From Porticoccaceae bacterium (GTDB taxonomy: Bacteria; Pseudomonadota; Gammaproteobacteria; Pseudomonadales; Porticoccaceae): 53,310 nt of DNA. Location of the stretch: assembly GCA_019090225.1 (NCBI GenBank), contig JAHRWI010000172.1, positions 1 to 53,310 of the forward strand, in the 5' to 3' direction. Numbering within the stretch: the first letter of the stretch is position 1; each line of letters begins with the position of its first letter. The position numbers and the translations under genes are program-made. The notes below the pieces were generated by a model that saw only the letters and a program-made list of their open reading frames with translations, did not search any database and was not told where the DNA came from. Below are positions 10,045 through 19,456 of the stretch, piece after piece.

Positions 10045-10326
10045 CTACGACTCTTTGGCAGCTTCTTCTGAACCAGCTTCGTCAGCCGCGGCTTCTACTT
10101 CTGGCACCAGCTCTTTTTCTGCTGGTGCTTCTTCAGCGGCCTCCGCTTCAGAGGCTTCCTCTATTTCAGGGGCTTTAGGGGCAGGCGCTTTAATCAGATC
10201 TTCGGCTAACAAAATCGCAACCTTGTCATCTTCGTTAATGGCTTTGCCATCAGCGCCAGTGACGGCATATCGGCCGGATCGTTTTTGGTAAACAGTATAT
10301 TCTGCGGTTTTCTTGATGACTTTCAT
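10045..10326 (-). CDS. small hypothetical protein with a basic N-terminal domain and an acidic A/E/P-rich tail
   Basis: 93-aa ORF between yebC and ruvC. An AGGAG Shine-Dalgarno sequence (taggagcaataccgATG) lies upstream, and it has its own terminator. I recognise no family. Confidence 0.6.
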   Translation of the reverse strand: MKVIKKTAEYTVYQKRSGRYAVTGADGKAINEDDKVAILLAEDLIKAPAPKAPEIEEASEAEAAEEAPAEKELVPEVEAAADEAGSEEAAKES

Positions 10327-10458
10327 CGGTATTGCTCCTATGACTACTCGTTAGATGGATGGTGCATGCGTACAACTGGTTTTCTGGATAAAACATACGT
10401 CGCTAAAAAGCGGGTATTCGTGAATAGCGGGCAAAGCCGCCAGCTATAAAAACAAAAT

Positions 10459-11205
10459 CTAATCAAACTCGGCTAATACTGCGTCGGGGATATCCGCGTT
10501 GGTATAGACATTTTGCACATCGTCCAAATCCTCCATGCTGTCTACCAGAGCCATAATTTTCTCAGCCCCGTCTTTGTCCAGCTCAACGGTAGTAGAAGCT
10601 ACCATGGTTACTTCTGCGGATTCCGGCTCAAGCCCCGCCGCGACAAGCGCATCTTTCGTGCTAAGAAAATCTTCCCAGGCGGTCAAGACATCGATGGAGC
10701 CGTCGTCGTTGGTCACAACATCTTCAGCGCCCGCTTCAAGGGCCGCTTCCATAATCTGATCTTCGTCGCTGCCCGGTGGATAAGTGATTTGTCCGGTGCG
10801 CGTAAACAGATAGGCCACCGAGCCGTCGGTACCCAAATTACCACCGCGTTTGGTAAAGCCATGGCGCACATCGGAGACTGTTCGATTGCGATTATCGCTT
10901 AAGCATTCAACCAATACCGCGACGCCATTGACGCCATAACCTTCGTAGGTGATTTCTTCATAATTTTCACCATCGGCATCACCGGCACCGCGCTGAATGG
11001 CCTTGTCGATAGTGTCTCGCTTCATGTTCGAGCCGAGACTTTTATCGACAGCTGCGCGCAGGCGCGGGTTGTCTTCAGGATTACCGCCGCCCATTTTTGC
11101 GGCAACGACTAGTTCCCGTATCAGCTTGGTAAAAACCTTACCGCGCTTGGCATCCTGGGCAGCTTTGCGATGCTTGATATTTGCCCACTTACTGTGACCT
11201 GCCAT
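10459..11205 (-). CDS. yebC: YebC/PmpR family DNA-binding transcriptional regulator
   Basis: 248 aa. Signature N-terminus [14 protein letters not shown]. Positioned between aspS and ruvC as in Pseudomonas. Confidence 0.92.
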   Translation of the reverse strand: MAGHSKWANIKHRKAAQDAKRGKVFTKLIRELVVAAKMGGGNPEDNPRLRAAVDKSLGSNMKRDTIDKAIQRGAGDADGENYEEITYEGYGVNGVAVLVECLSDNRNRTVSDVRHGFTKRGGNLGTDGSVAYLFTRTGQITYPPGSDEDQIMEAALEAGAEDVVTNDDGSIDVLTAWEDFLSTKDALVAAGLEPESAEVTMVASTTVELDKDGAEKIMALVDSMEDLDDVQNVYTNADIPDAVLAEFD

Positions 11206-11247
11206 ACCCGTCTCTCAACCTCTCTTCTTCAGTCCACCTTAAGCTAA

Positions 11248-13041
11248 TTATTCTTCACCAATTTTTTGTTCAACGACTTTTTCACGCAGGCGAATATTTA
11301 GCTCTTGCAGTTGATCATTGGCTACCGCACCCGGGGCATCGGTCATTAAACACTGGGCCGACTGGGTTTTCGGAAAGGCGATAACATCACGAATAGATTC
11401 CGCCTCGACCATCAGCATTACAATGCGATCAAGCCCAAAGGCCAGGCCACCATGAGGAGGACAACCGTAGTTAAGCGCATCCAGTAAAAAGCCAAACTTT
11501 TCCTGCTGCTCTGCTTCGCCGATCGACAATATTTCAAATACCGCTTTCTGAATAGGCTGTTGGTGAATCCGTATCGAACCACCACCCAGCTCCGTACCAT
11601 TTAAGACCATGTCGTAGGCCTGGGACAAAGCAGCACCGGGATCGGCGAGTAATTCTTCTGCCGAACAAGCTGGTTGGGTAAAGGGATGGTGTAGTGAAGT
11701 CCATTCGCCACTACCCGCCTTCTCAAACATGGGGAAGTCCACTACCCACAGCGGCGCCCAGGGGCAGGTGTACAAACTAAGATCTTCACCCAGCTTGCAA
11801 CGCAGGGCACCTAGGGCCTCGGACACGACTTTACTGCTGTCGGCACCAAAGAAAATCAAATCGCCGTTTTCGGCTTCGAGTCTGTCGAGCAATTGTTGGC
11901 GAATATCGTTGGGAAGGAATTTGACGATGGGCGACTGCAGGCCCTCTTCGACATCGCTTTTATCATTAACCTTTATATAAGCGAGTCCACGAGCGCCGTA
12001 GATGCCAACAAACTTGGTATAGCCATCGATCTGCTTGCGACTTAGCGCATTGCCGCCAGGCACTTTCAAAGCTGTGACGCGACCAGCGACATCATTGGCG
12101 GGGCCGGAGAAGACTTTAAAATCCACCTCCAACATTAGATCTTTAACATCGACCAGCTCAAGAGGAATACGTAAGTCCGGCTTGTCGCTACCGAAACGCC
12201 GCATGGCTTCGGCGTAAGTCATGACAGGGAATTCACCGAGGTCAACATCCATCAGCAAGGTGAAAAGCTCGCGAAGCATGTTTTCGGTGATCTTCATAAT
12301 TTCCTGTTCGGAAATAAATGACGCTTCGATATCGATTTGAGTAAATTCAGGTTGGCGGTCAGCCCGCAGATCTTCATCCCGAAAGCACTTGGCAATTTGA
12401 TAATAGCGATCAAACCCGGAGACCATTAATAGCTGTTTAAATAGCTGCGGTGATTGGGGCAATGCGAAAAACTTGCCGCCATGGGTACGACTCGGCACCA
12501 AATAATCTCGTGCGCCTTCCGGCGTGGCGCGGGTCAATATGGGTGTTTCGATATCGAGGAAACCGCCATCGTCGAGGCAGTTACGAATAATCGAGGTCAC
12601 CTTAGAGCGGAAATACAGGTTCTTCTGCATATCCGGTCGCCGCAAATCCAGATAACGATATGTCAGGCGCACGTCCTCACCCACCCTGGTGTGATCATCG
12701 AGCTGAAAAGGTGGCGTCGCTGAAGCATTCAAGATTTCGACCGCAGTGGCATAGACCTCGATGGCACCGGTTTTCATCTCAGGATTGATGGTCGCCTCAG
12801 TCCGCGCCCGCACGCGCCCGGTAACCCGCAATATGTATTCACCACGGACCCGATCCGCAGTATTGAAGTGCTCCCCGGCATCCGGATCAAACACCACTTG
12901 CACGATGCCTTCTCGGTCGCGCAAATCGATAAAGATCACACCACCGTGATCTCTACGCCGGTCAACCCATCCACACAGGGTCACTTCGCTGTCGATAAGA
13001 GAAGATTCCACAAGCCCACAATAACTAGACCGCATATTCAT
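11248..13041 (-). CDS. aspS: aspartate--tRNA ligase
   Basis: 597 aa. Class II aaRS motifs ([34 protein letters not shown]), an OB-fold N-domain and the bacterial insertion domain. Confidence 0.95.
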   Translation of the reverse strand: MNMRSSYCGLVESSLIDSEVTLCGWVDRRRDHGGVIFIDLRDREGIVQVVFDPDAGEHFNTADRVRGEYILRVTGRVRARTEATINPEMKTGAIEVYATAVEILNASATPPFQLDDHTRVGEDVRLTYRYLDLRRPDMQKNLYFRSKVTSIIRNCLDDGGFLDIETPILTRATPEGARDYLVPSRTHGGKFFALPQSPQLFKQLLMVSGFDRYYQIAKCFRDEDLRADRQPEFTQIDIEASFISEQEIMKITENMLRELFTLLMDVDLGEFPVMTYAEAMRRFGSDKPDLRIPLELVDVKDLMLEVDFKVFSGPANDVAGRVTALKVPGGNALSRKQIDGYTKFVGIYGARGLAYIKVNDKSDVEEGLQSPIVKFLPNDIRQQLLDRLEAENGDLIFFGADSSKVVSEALGALRCKLGEDLSLYTCPWAPLWVVDFPMFEKAGSGEWTSLHHPFTQPACSAEELLADPGAALSQAYDMVLNGTELGGGSIRIHQQPIQKAVFEILSIGEAEQQEKFGFLLDALNYGCPPHGGLAFGLDRIVMLMVEAESIRDVIAFPKTQSAQCLMTDAPGAVANDQLQELNIRLREKVVEQKIGEE

Positions 13042-13083
13042 ATTATTCCCAATTCAAAGACTTAATCGTGTGAGTTCCGACTT

Positions 13084-13458
13084 TTAGCCAGCGCCAGAGG
13101 CTGCTGGCTTGCTTTTGTTGTCGGAGCCAGAACTTTTGCTCTCGGTTTTTTTAGTCTCGGCTTTTTTGCTATCACCGTCTTTCTTAGTGCTTTCTTTAGA
13201 GCCGCCATCAGAAGAACTACTTTTGTCACCACTTTCAGATTTCGCCTGCCTGTCACCGCTCAAGTTTTTCTTATCCCCGGTTTTGAAATCAGTTTCATAC
13301 CAACCACTGCCACTGAGCCGAAAAGCACTCGCGCTGACTTTTTTCTTGAGCTTCGGCTTGTCACACTCAGGACAGACCTTTAAAAGGTCGTCGGAGAGCT
13401 TTTGAATAACCTCTAACTCGTGACCACAGGCCTGGCAAAGATATTCATAAATAGGCAT
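13084..13458 (-). CDS. FmdB-family zinc-ribbon protein with a K/S/D-rich tail
   Basis: 124 aa. MPIYEYLCQACGH...CPEC zinc ribbon followed by a low-complexity basic/serine tail. Confidence 0.8.
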   Translation of the reverse strand: MPIYEYLCQACGHELEVIQKLSDDLLKVCPECDKPKLKKKVSASAFRLSGSGWYETDFKTGDKKNLSGDRQAKSESGDKSSSSDGGSKESTKKDGDSKKAETKKTESKSSGSDNKSKPAASGAG

Positions 13459-13689
13459 AGCAGGTAATTCTCCAAACGGCCCACGCTTGATGAGCCAAAA
13501 TTTTCAGTGGGTTCGAAAGCGGCGCGCATTATACCCCAGGACCCAGCAAGCCTAAAATCTAGTTCACCACCTGGCAAACCATTTGCAGATGAACACTTGC
13601 GCAACAAACTCATTCGCTGCTCGATCATAAGCATATATTCAAATAAATTCGTTTTTTTACTAAAAAAACAGGTTTTTTCCCGAATAAGC

Positions 13690-13718
13690 TTGCGAGCTGT
13701 TTACGTATACTATATACA
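13690..13718 (+). promoter_or_regulatory. candidate sigma70 promoter for the HU-like gene
   Basis: TTGCGA (13690-13695), a 15-17 nt spacer, then TATATA/TATACA (13711-13718). It sits in an AT-rich 360-nt gap. AGAGGA Shine-Dalgarno sequence before the ATG at 13821. Confidence 0.3.
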
Positions 13719-13820
13719 TGGCGTCAGGGTTAGAGGGATCATTATCTCGTCGTTTAGAGGTGGTTTCCAGGCTCGTAAATTAGCAGTTCAAATCATCACA
13801 ATGTTTAAGAGGAAGCCAAT

Positions 13821-14243
13821 ATGGCAGCTAAAAAACCGACAGCCAAGAAAACTCCAGCTAAAAAGATCCCAGCTAAAAAAGCTCCGGCCAAAAAGGCAGC
13901 AGCTAAAGCCGCTCCCGCCCGAAAAATCACCGCTGTTAGTGAGCGCTATACCAAAGCTCAAATCATCAATGAACTCGCTGAGAATACTGGCCTCAACAAA
14001 AGTCAGGTTAATTCTGTACTTGAAGAACTCAATGTTGTTATTGAGAGACACATTAAGAAGCGTGCCGTTGGCGAATTTTCTCTACCCGGCTTATTGAAAG
14101 TCAAAACTGTCAAGAAACCTGCGCGAAAAGCCCGTAAAGGTATTAACCCCTTTACTGGTGAGGCGACCACTTTCAAGGCACGCCCAGCCAGTACTGGCGT
14201 GCGAATCACAGCGCTAAAACGTCTGAAAGATATGGCTCTCTAA
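13821..14243 (+). CDS. HU/IHF-family DNA-binding protein with an N-terminal histone-H1-like AKKP-repeat tail
   Basis: 140 aa. Residues 1-35 are A/K/P repeats (AAKKPTAKKTPAKKIPAKKAPAKKAAAKAAPA). The rest resembles the HU fold, including the beta-arm (RKGINPFTGEATTFKARP). Confidence 0.8.
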   Translation: MAAKKPTAKKTPAKKIPAKKAPAKKAAAKAAPARKITAVSERYTKAQIINELAENTGLNKSQVNSVLEELNVVIERHIKKRAVGEFSLPGLLKVKTVKKPARKARKGINPFTGEATTFKARPASTGVRITALKRLKDMAL

Positions 14244-14305
14244 GGTCAGTCCTAGACCGGCAGTTCAAGGCCATCAGTTCAAAGTAACACCAGCACGGAT
14301 GCTAC

Positions 14306-14336
14306 TAAAAAAGCCCTGATTTTCAGGGCTTTTTTA
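14306..14336. terminator. bidirectional Rho-independent terminator (HU-like gene and HIT gene converge here)
   Basis: AAAAAAGCCCTG-atttt-CAGGGCTTTTTT: a 7-bp GC-rich stem flanked by an A-run and a T-run. Confidence 0.8.
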
Positions 14337-14382
14337 GTTTGGGCGCACTACCCTCCTGAAACGTTAAGGCCCTGCGGAAACG

Positions 14383-14802
14383 TCAGATAAAACCTCGGGC
14401 ACCATCTAGTTCGCTGCGTAAAACCTCGACACGCTCCCTTAAGTTACTATCTTCATAGTCCTTTTCAACCACCGCTCCCCACACTGGCGCTGGCCACACA
14501 GCATCATCCACGTACCGGGCGATATGATGGATGTGCAATTGCTTCACCACGTTACCCAAAGCTGCAATATTCATTTTATCGGGAGCAAAAACAGTGGTCA
14601 TTACCCTGCTCAGCAGGCGTGATTCCTCGAATAGCGCCTGCTGATCCAGATCATTGAGTTGATAAATCTCAGTCACACCTTCTCGCCTCGGCACCAAAAT
14701 ACACCAGGGAAAATTGCTGTCTCGATGCAATAGCACTGCCGACAGAGGCCACGCACCTATGACATAAGTGTCATTTTTTAATCTGCTATCCAACTCGAAC
14801 AT
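14383..14802 (-). CDS. HIT-family nucleotide hydrolase/transferase
   Basis: 139 aa. Histidine triad LHIHHIAR. Confidence 0.8.
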   Translation of the reverse strand: MFELDSRLKNDTYVIGAWPLSAVLLHRDSNFPWCILVPRREGVTEIYQLNDLDQQALFEESRLLSRVMTTVFAPDKMNIAALGNVVKQLHIHHIARYVDDAVWPAPVWGAVVEKDYEDSNLRERVEVLRSELDGARGFI

Positions 14803-14919
14803 CTCTCAACTCCGACATCCATCCATTAGCACTGACCTATTAGCCCTATACCCACAGGCTCCAGCCCCTTAAACTAGCCGCCAGCATAAGCCCAAACAAA
14901 CCTTAGCGGAATTATTTAT

Positions 14920-16668
14920 ATGCGTGCCAGCCAGCTCCTTCTTGCCACCCAAAAAGAAACACCCGCCGATGCCGAAGTCATCAGCCATCAATTAATGATC
15001 CGTGCCGGGATGATTAGAAAACTTGCCTCCGGCTTGTACACCTGGCTGCCCCTGGGCCTGAGGGTGCTACGCAAGGTAGAAGCAATTATTCGTGAAGAGA
15101 TGAACCGAGCCAATGCCCAGGAAGTCATGATGCCGGTAGTGCAACCGGCAGAGCTTTGGCAGGAGTCAGGTCGCTGGGAGGAATACGGCCCAGAGTTGCT
15201 ACGCATCAATGATCGTCATCAACGGTCATTTTGTCTGGGGCCTACTCACGAAGAAATCATTACCGACTTAATTCGCAATGAAATTCGCAGTTACAAACAA
15301 CTGCCCGCCAACTTTTATCAGATCCAAACCAAATTTAGAGACGAGATTCGCCCCCGTTTCGGCATTATGAGAGCGCGGGAATTCATTATGAAAGACGCCT
15401 ATTCTTTTCATACCGATGCGGAGAGTCTGCAGGGAACCTACGATGTCATGCATGCCGCCTATACGCGAATATTCGAACGGCTGGGCCTGGATTTTAGACC
15501 GGTACTGGCCGACACCGGCAGCATTGGTGGCAACCACTCCCACGAATTCCATGTCCTTGCCGAGTCGGGAGAAGACGCCATCGCTTTCTCAACAGAAAGT
15601 GATTACGCCGCCAATGTCGAAAAAGCCGAAGCTCTGGCCCCCACCGGCCCACGACCCGAGCCAACTCAAGCAATGGAAGAGATCGCCACGCCGGGACAGC
15701 ACAGTATTGAGGAGGTCTGTCAGTTTTTAAATTGCCCTGCTGAAGCCACTGTTAAAACCTTGATTGTTGTTGGTGAGCAGGACGAAGAAAATGATACAAA
15801 TGATAGTAATTTAATTGCCCTGGTATTGCGTGGCGACCACGCCCTGAATGAAATCAAAGCTGAAAAATTACCCGGTGTAGCCAGCCCCCTAACCTTTGCC
15901 AGCACAGAACAAGTGCTCGCCACACTGGCTTGCAATGTCGGCTCCCTCGGACCAATGAAGCTATCTATACCTGTGTTTACTGATCGCAGTGCCGCCCACC
16001 TCAGTGATTTTGTCTGCGGCGCCAACAAAGATGGTTTTCATTTACGTGGCACCAACTGGGACAGGGATTGCTCACCGAGCACCATAGTCGATATTCGTGA
16101 AGTCATCACCGGTGATCCAAGCCCGGACGGCCAGGGCACTCTGGAAATCAAACGCGGCATCGAAGTGGGTCATATATTCCAGCTCGGCACCAAATACAGT
16201 GAAGCCATGGGCGCAACGGTGCTCAATGAATCTGGCAAAGAGCAAGTCATGACCATGGGCTGCTACGGCATTGGCGTTACCCGCGTCGTTGCCTCAGCCA
16301 TAGAACAAAACTACGATGGGCAAGGCATCATTTGGCCAGACAACATTGCTCCTTTTACCCTGGCCATTATTCCCATCAACGCCCATAAATCAGAGGCTGT
16401 TCTCAAGACCTGCGAAACGCTCTATCAGGAATTAGGTGAGGCCGGTTACGATGTATTATTGATGGATGAAAAGAAAGTCAGGCTCGGTGTCATGTTGGCG
16501 GATGTTGATCTCATCGGCATTCCCCATCGTCTGATCATCGGCGAGCGAGGGCTGGAAAACGGCTCCGTGGAATATAAACGACGAGGCGATAGCGATTCGC
16601 TTGATGTTAAGCTCGATGAACTATCAGCTTTTTTAACAGAACAACTCACCGGCCCAGGAGCAAAATAA
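14920..16668 (+). CDS. proS: proline--tRNA ligase (bacterial type with INS editing domain)
   Basis: 582 aa. [12 protein letters not shown]-terminus, class II motifs ([26 protein letters not shown]) and a central insertion domain. Confidence 0.95.
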   Translation: MRASQLLLATQKETPADAEVISHQLMIRAGMIRKLASGLYTWLPLGLRVLRKVEAIIREEMNRANAQEVMMPVVQPAELWQESGRWEEYGPELLRINDRHQRSFCLGPTHEEIITDLIRNEIRSYKQLPANFYQIQTKFRDEIRPRFGIMRAREFIMKDAYSFHTDAESLQGTYDVMHAAYTRIFERLGLDFRPVLADTGSIGGNHSHEFHVLAESGEDAIAFSTESDYAANVEKAEALAPTGPRPEPTQAMEEIATPGQHSIEEVCQFLNCPAEATVKTLIVVGEQDEENDTNDSNLIALVLRGDHALNEIKAEKLPGVASPLTFASTEQVLATLACNVGSLGPMKLSIPVFTDRSAAHLSDFVCGANKDGFHLRGTNWDRDCSPSTIVDIREVITGDPSPDGQGTLEIKRGIEVGHIFQLGTKYSEAMGATVLNESGKEQVMTMGCYGIGVTRVVASAIEQNYDGQGIIWPDNIAPFTLAIIPINAHKSEAVLKTCETLYQELGEAGYDVLLMDEKKVRLGVMLADVDLIGIPHRLIIGERGLENGSVEYKRRGDSDSLDVKLDELSAFLTEQLTGPGAK

Positions 16669-16669
16669 A

Positions 16670-17284
16670 ATGAAGGCAGTGGCTATGGCAATGTTCTTGA
16701 CGGTCAGTCTTTCTAATCTTTCCGCCTCTAATCTTTATGCGCAGGATAAAGCCCCGGCCAGATCTAACCTTGAACAAGCGAATACGCCAGCAGCGCAAAG
16801 CCACCAGGAGACACCGGGCTCGCTAAACACCCTTACACCACTTATTGCTATCCCCAACGCTAAGGCTCCTTTCCCTAACAGCCCCTCTGCCAATATCCTG
16901 GTCGGCGGGCAACCGAGTGTAGAAAATATTCGCGCAGCACATCGGGCAGGATACAAAACCATTATAAACCTACGTCCGAAAGGGGAATTCAAAGTCTGGG
17001 ATGAGGCTGCTCTCGCAGAACAACTCGGCATAAACTATATTCTGATACCTATCGATGGCAAGGCCGACATCACCTCCGAAAATGCTCTACGTCTGGATCA
17101 GGCCCTGCAGGCAAGGGCTCACTCACCCACCATTGTTCACTGTGCCAGCGGCAACCGCGTCGGCGCGTTGTTTGCACTTCGCGCGCAATTACAGGGTAGT
17201 GATCCAGAGGCCGCCATGGCAATTGGTCGGGCAGCAGGCTTAACCAGCCTGGCACCTCTGCTTAAAAAATTATTACAACCGTGA
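16670..17284 (+). CDS. secreted DUF442/PTP-like protein with a CX5R motif
   Basis: 204 aa. Signal peptide (ASNLYA-QD) and P-loop VHCASGNRVG. The start is 1 nt after the proS stop. Confidence 0.65.
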   Translation: MKAVAMAMFLTVSLSNLSASNLYAQDKAPARSNLEQANTPAAQSHQETPGSLNTLTPLIAIPNAKAPFPNSPSANILVGGQPSVENIRAAHRAGYKTIINLRPKGEFKVWDEAALAEQLGINYILIPIDGKADITSENALRLDQALQARAHSPTIVHCASGNRVGALFALRAQLQGSDPEAAMAIGRAAGLTSLAPLLKKLLQP

Positions 17285-17401
17285 TAAAACCATAGAATAC
17301 GCAGACACTGGAACATTTCCACAAGCTAGCACTCAAACTACGAACTATGCTGCCGTGGGCAGACCCAACACTCAGTGATCCGCACAAGAGCTAAAGGACA
17401 A

Positions 17402-18736
17402 ATGATCAAGTCGCGGCATATATTTAAGCTATGTCTGGCCCTCACACTGCTCATCACAGCTGGTGCATTCGCTTATGGGGATATGCTCCCAGATATAAGC
17501 AGCTCCGAAAACGCTGACACCCTCGAAGCAACTACAGAGAACAGCTCTACAACCAGCCAGCCGGTGGATCCCGGCGAGACTGATTCCACATCAGATATCG
17601 ATCACAACGATCACAAAAAGGATATGCAACAGGCCTTGGTAAGCTATCGCGCCGCCATTAAAGAACTCGACGAAAACGGGCCTTACCACGAACAGTCATC
17701 CGAGGCACTTTATGGACTCGGCATAGCGCTGAAAAGACAGGGCTTTTATGACGAGGCACTCAGCACTCTAGAACGAGCCATGCACGTCAACAGAGTCAAC
17801 CACGGCCTGCATAGTTTCTCCCAGACACCGATACTCAGAAGTATTATCGAACTCCAAAAAGCCCTCCACCAATTTGAAGAAGTGACTACGGACTATAATC
17901 GTCTGCTAAGGCTATTCCAGAAAAATCATGCCCGCAATGACCCCGCATTAATCCCTGTCTTTCAGGAATTAGCGCTTTGGCATGTCGATATTTATCAGCT
18001 AGATAACAGTGCTGAACGGGTCGATCATTTGACTACTGCACACAGCTTCATCAACGCAGCCATTAAAAAAGCCCAGCCCCCAAACCAACTGATCACCGAG
18101 GAAAAGATTGAGCTATTGCGAACCTCAGCGCTGATTAGTTTCTATTCCTCACAACATAAGGGCGATGAATGGCTTACCGCTACGGACTCCCGCTACAGCG
18201 CCAGTTCCGACAAAGACTTTATGGTTCCAACGCGCATGGCTACCCTGTCCAAAACCGGCTATCGACAGGGCCGTATCGCCCACGAGCAGATCATCGCCCT
18301 GGTTAATGCTGATCCCAACACCACGGCTCATCAAAAAATTAGCGCCTACGTAGAAACTGGCGACTGGCATTTGCTCTTCAATCATCGCAACGCAGCTATG
18401 CAGTATTATCAGCAGGCCCGCATACTGATGACACAAACAGACATGCCCCAGGAACTCAGCGAGCTATGGTTCTCACAGCCGAAAATTTTACCGAGTCTCA
18501 GAGCAGAAGATGGATCAGGAAACTCTGCGAGGCAATACATCAGCGCCCAGGTAGATATTTCTAAAAATGGACACCCCAGCGACATAAATATCCTCGAACC
18601 CGCCCCGGAAAAAAATGTGATGCTACGCAGAGCGGCTATCAAGACCCTTAGGAACGCACGTTTTAGGCCGCGCTTTGTTGGAGCTGAAGCTGTTAATAGC
18701 CCTGCCGCACTGATTAAAATACCTTTAATTCACTAA
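17402..18736 (+). CDS. secreted TPR-like protein with a C-terminal TonB_C-like domain
   Basis: The ORF track gives 17375 (GTG). The ATG at 17402 has an AAGGA Shine-Dalgarno sequence and gives the signal peptide MIKSRHIFKLCLALTLLITAGAFA-YG. TPR-like helices (EALYGLGIALKRQGFYDEALSTLERA). The C-terminus AQVDISKNGHPSDINILEPAPEKNVMLRRAAIKTLRNARFRPRF..IKIPL resembles the TonB C-terminal domain. Confidence 0.6.
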   Translation: MIKSRHIFKLCLALTLLITAGAFAYGDMLPDISSSENADTLEATTENSSTTSQPVDPGETDSTSDIDHNDHKKDMQQALVSYRAAIKELDENGPYHEQSSEALYGLGIALKRQGFYDEALSTLERAMHVNRVNHGLHSFSQTPILRSIIELQKALHQFEEVTTDYNRLLRLFQKNHARNDPALIPVFQELALWHVDIYQLDNSAERVDHLTTAHSFINAAIKKAQPPNQLITEEKIELLRTSALISFYSSQHKGDEWLTATDSRYSASSDKDFMVPTRMATLSKTGYRQGRIAHEQIIALVNADPNTTAHQKISAYVETGDWHLLFNHRNAAMQYYQQARILMTQTDMPQELSELWFSQPKILPSLRAEDGSGNSARQYISAQVDISKNGHPSDINILEPAPEKNVMLRRAAIKTLRNARFRPRFVGAEAVNSPAALIKIPLIH

Positions 18737-18748
18737 TACGCTGTCGCC

Positions 18749-19456
18749 ATGTCAAAACTTTATCGACCCTGCATCGCTATCGTTTCCACCCTCCTGCTCT
18801 TGGGTGTAACGGCCTGCGAAAGCACCTCCAGTAACAGCAGTTCCAGTAGTAGTTCTAGCGATAGCTCATCCACGAGCAGCTCCACTGCGTCATCCCAAAA
18901 CTCAGGCGCAGATTCATTAGAGTCCTCGGCTAACAACTCAACTAATTCAGCCGGATACCCGTCAGACGGTGGCCTGACAAACGAGGAGATCATCGGTGGT
19001 CTGGATACAGAGCTGGACGAATCCATCGCTGTCTTTGACGGTATGATTCTCGATGAGAGAGCTAAAGCCGAAGCCATTGTCGCTGACAGCTATGAGTCAG
19101 CAGGTGGAGACGGTGGCGATCCAGGTGAAGTCCTGTTTGAGGAAGGTGATCTCGAAGAAGGCCTGCCCGGCTATGGGGACTTCCCAGAAAGTGATGCTGA
19201 ATCAGACGAAGCCTCTGATTCCTCAGGCGACAATACGGATAATGGGGAGGATGGCGAGTCAACACCCAGTGACAAAGGCACCACCGGAGGTTCTTCGACC
19301 GCAGGTGGCATCCCCGAAGATATCAACGATGGCAGTGATGATGATATCGTCGCCCGCCAGATTCGCGAAGCCGCCCAAAAAGAAAAAGACCCTGTGCTAA
19401 GAGAAAAACTCTGGGACGAATACCGTAAATATAAAAATCAGCAGCGCGGAGGTTGA
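18749..19456 (+). CDS. lipoprotein: Ser-rich linker, strongly acidic region, conserved-looking C-terminal helix
   Basis: 235 aa. Lipobox LGVTAC, poly-Ser (SSNSSSSSSSSDSSSTSSS) and D/E/G-rich middle. C-terminus DDDIVARQIREAAQKEKDPVLREKLWDEYRKYK. Confidence 0.65.
   Translation: MSKLYRPCIAIVSTLLLLGVTACESTSSNSSSSSSSSDSSSTSSSTASSQNSGADSLESSANNSTNSAGYPSDGGLTNEEIIGGLDTELDESIAVFDGMILDERAKAEAIVADSYESAGGDGGDPGEVLFEEGDLEEGLPGYGDFPESDAESDEASDSSGDNTDNGEDGESTPSDKGTTGGSSTAGGIPEDINDGSDDDIVARQIREAAQKEKDPVLREKLWDEYRKYKNQQRGG

Noticed and set aside
13507-14097. 196-aa plus-strand ORF spanning the HU leader and overlapping the HU-like gene in another frame.
   Set aside because: Its product is low-complexity K/R/L/S-rich. 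It is out of frame with the clearly HU-like ORF, and its first half lies in an AT-rich promoter region.
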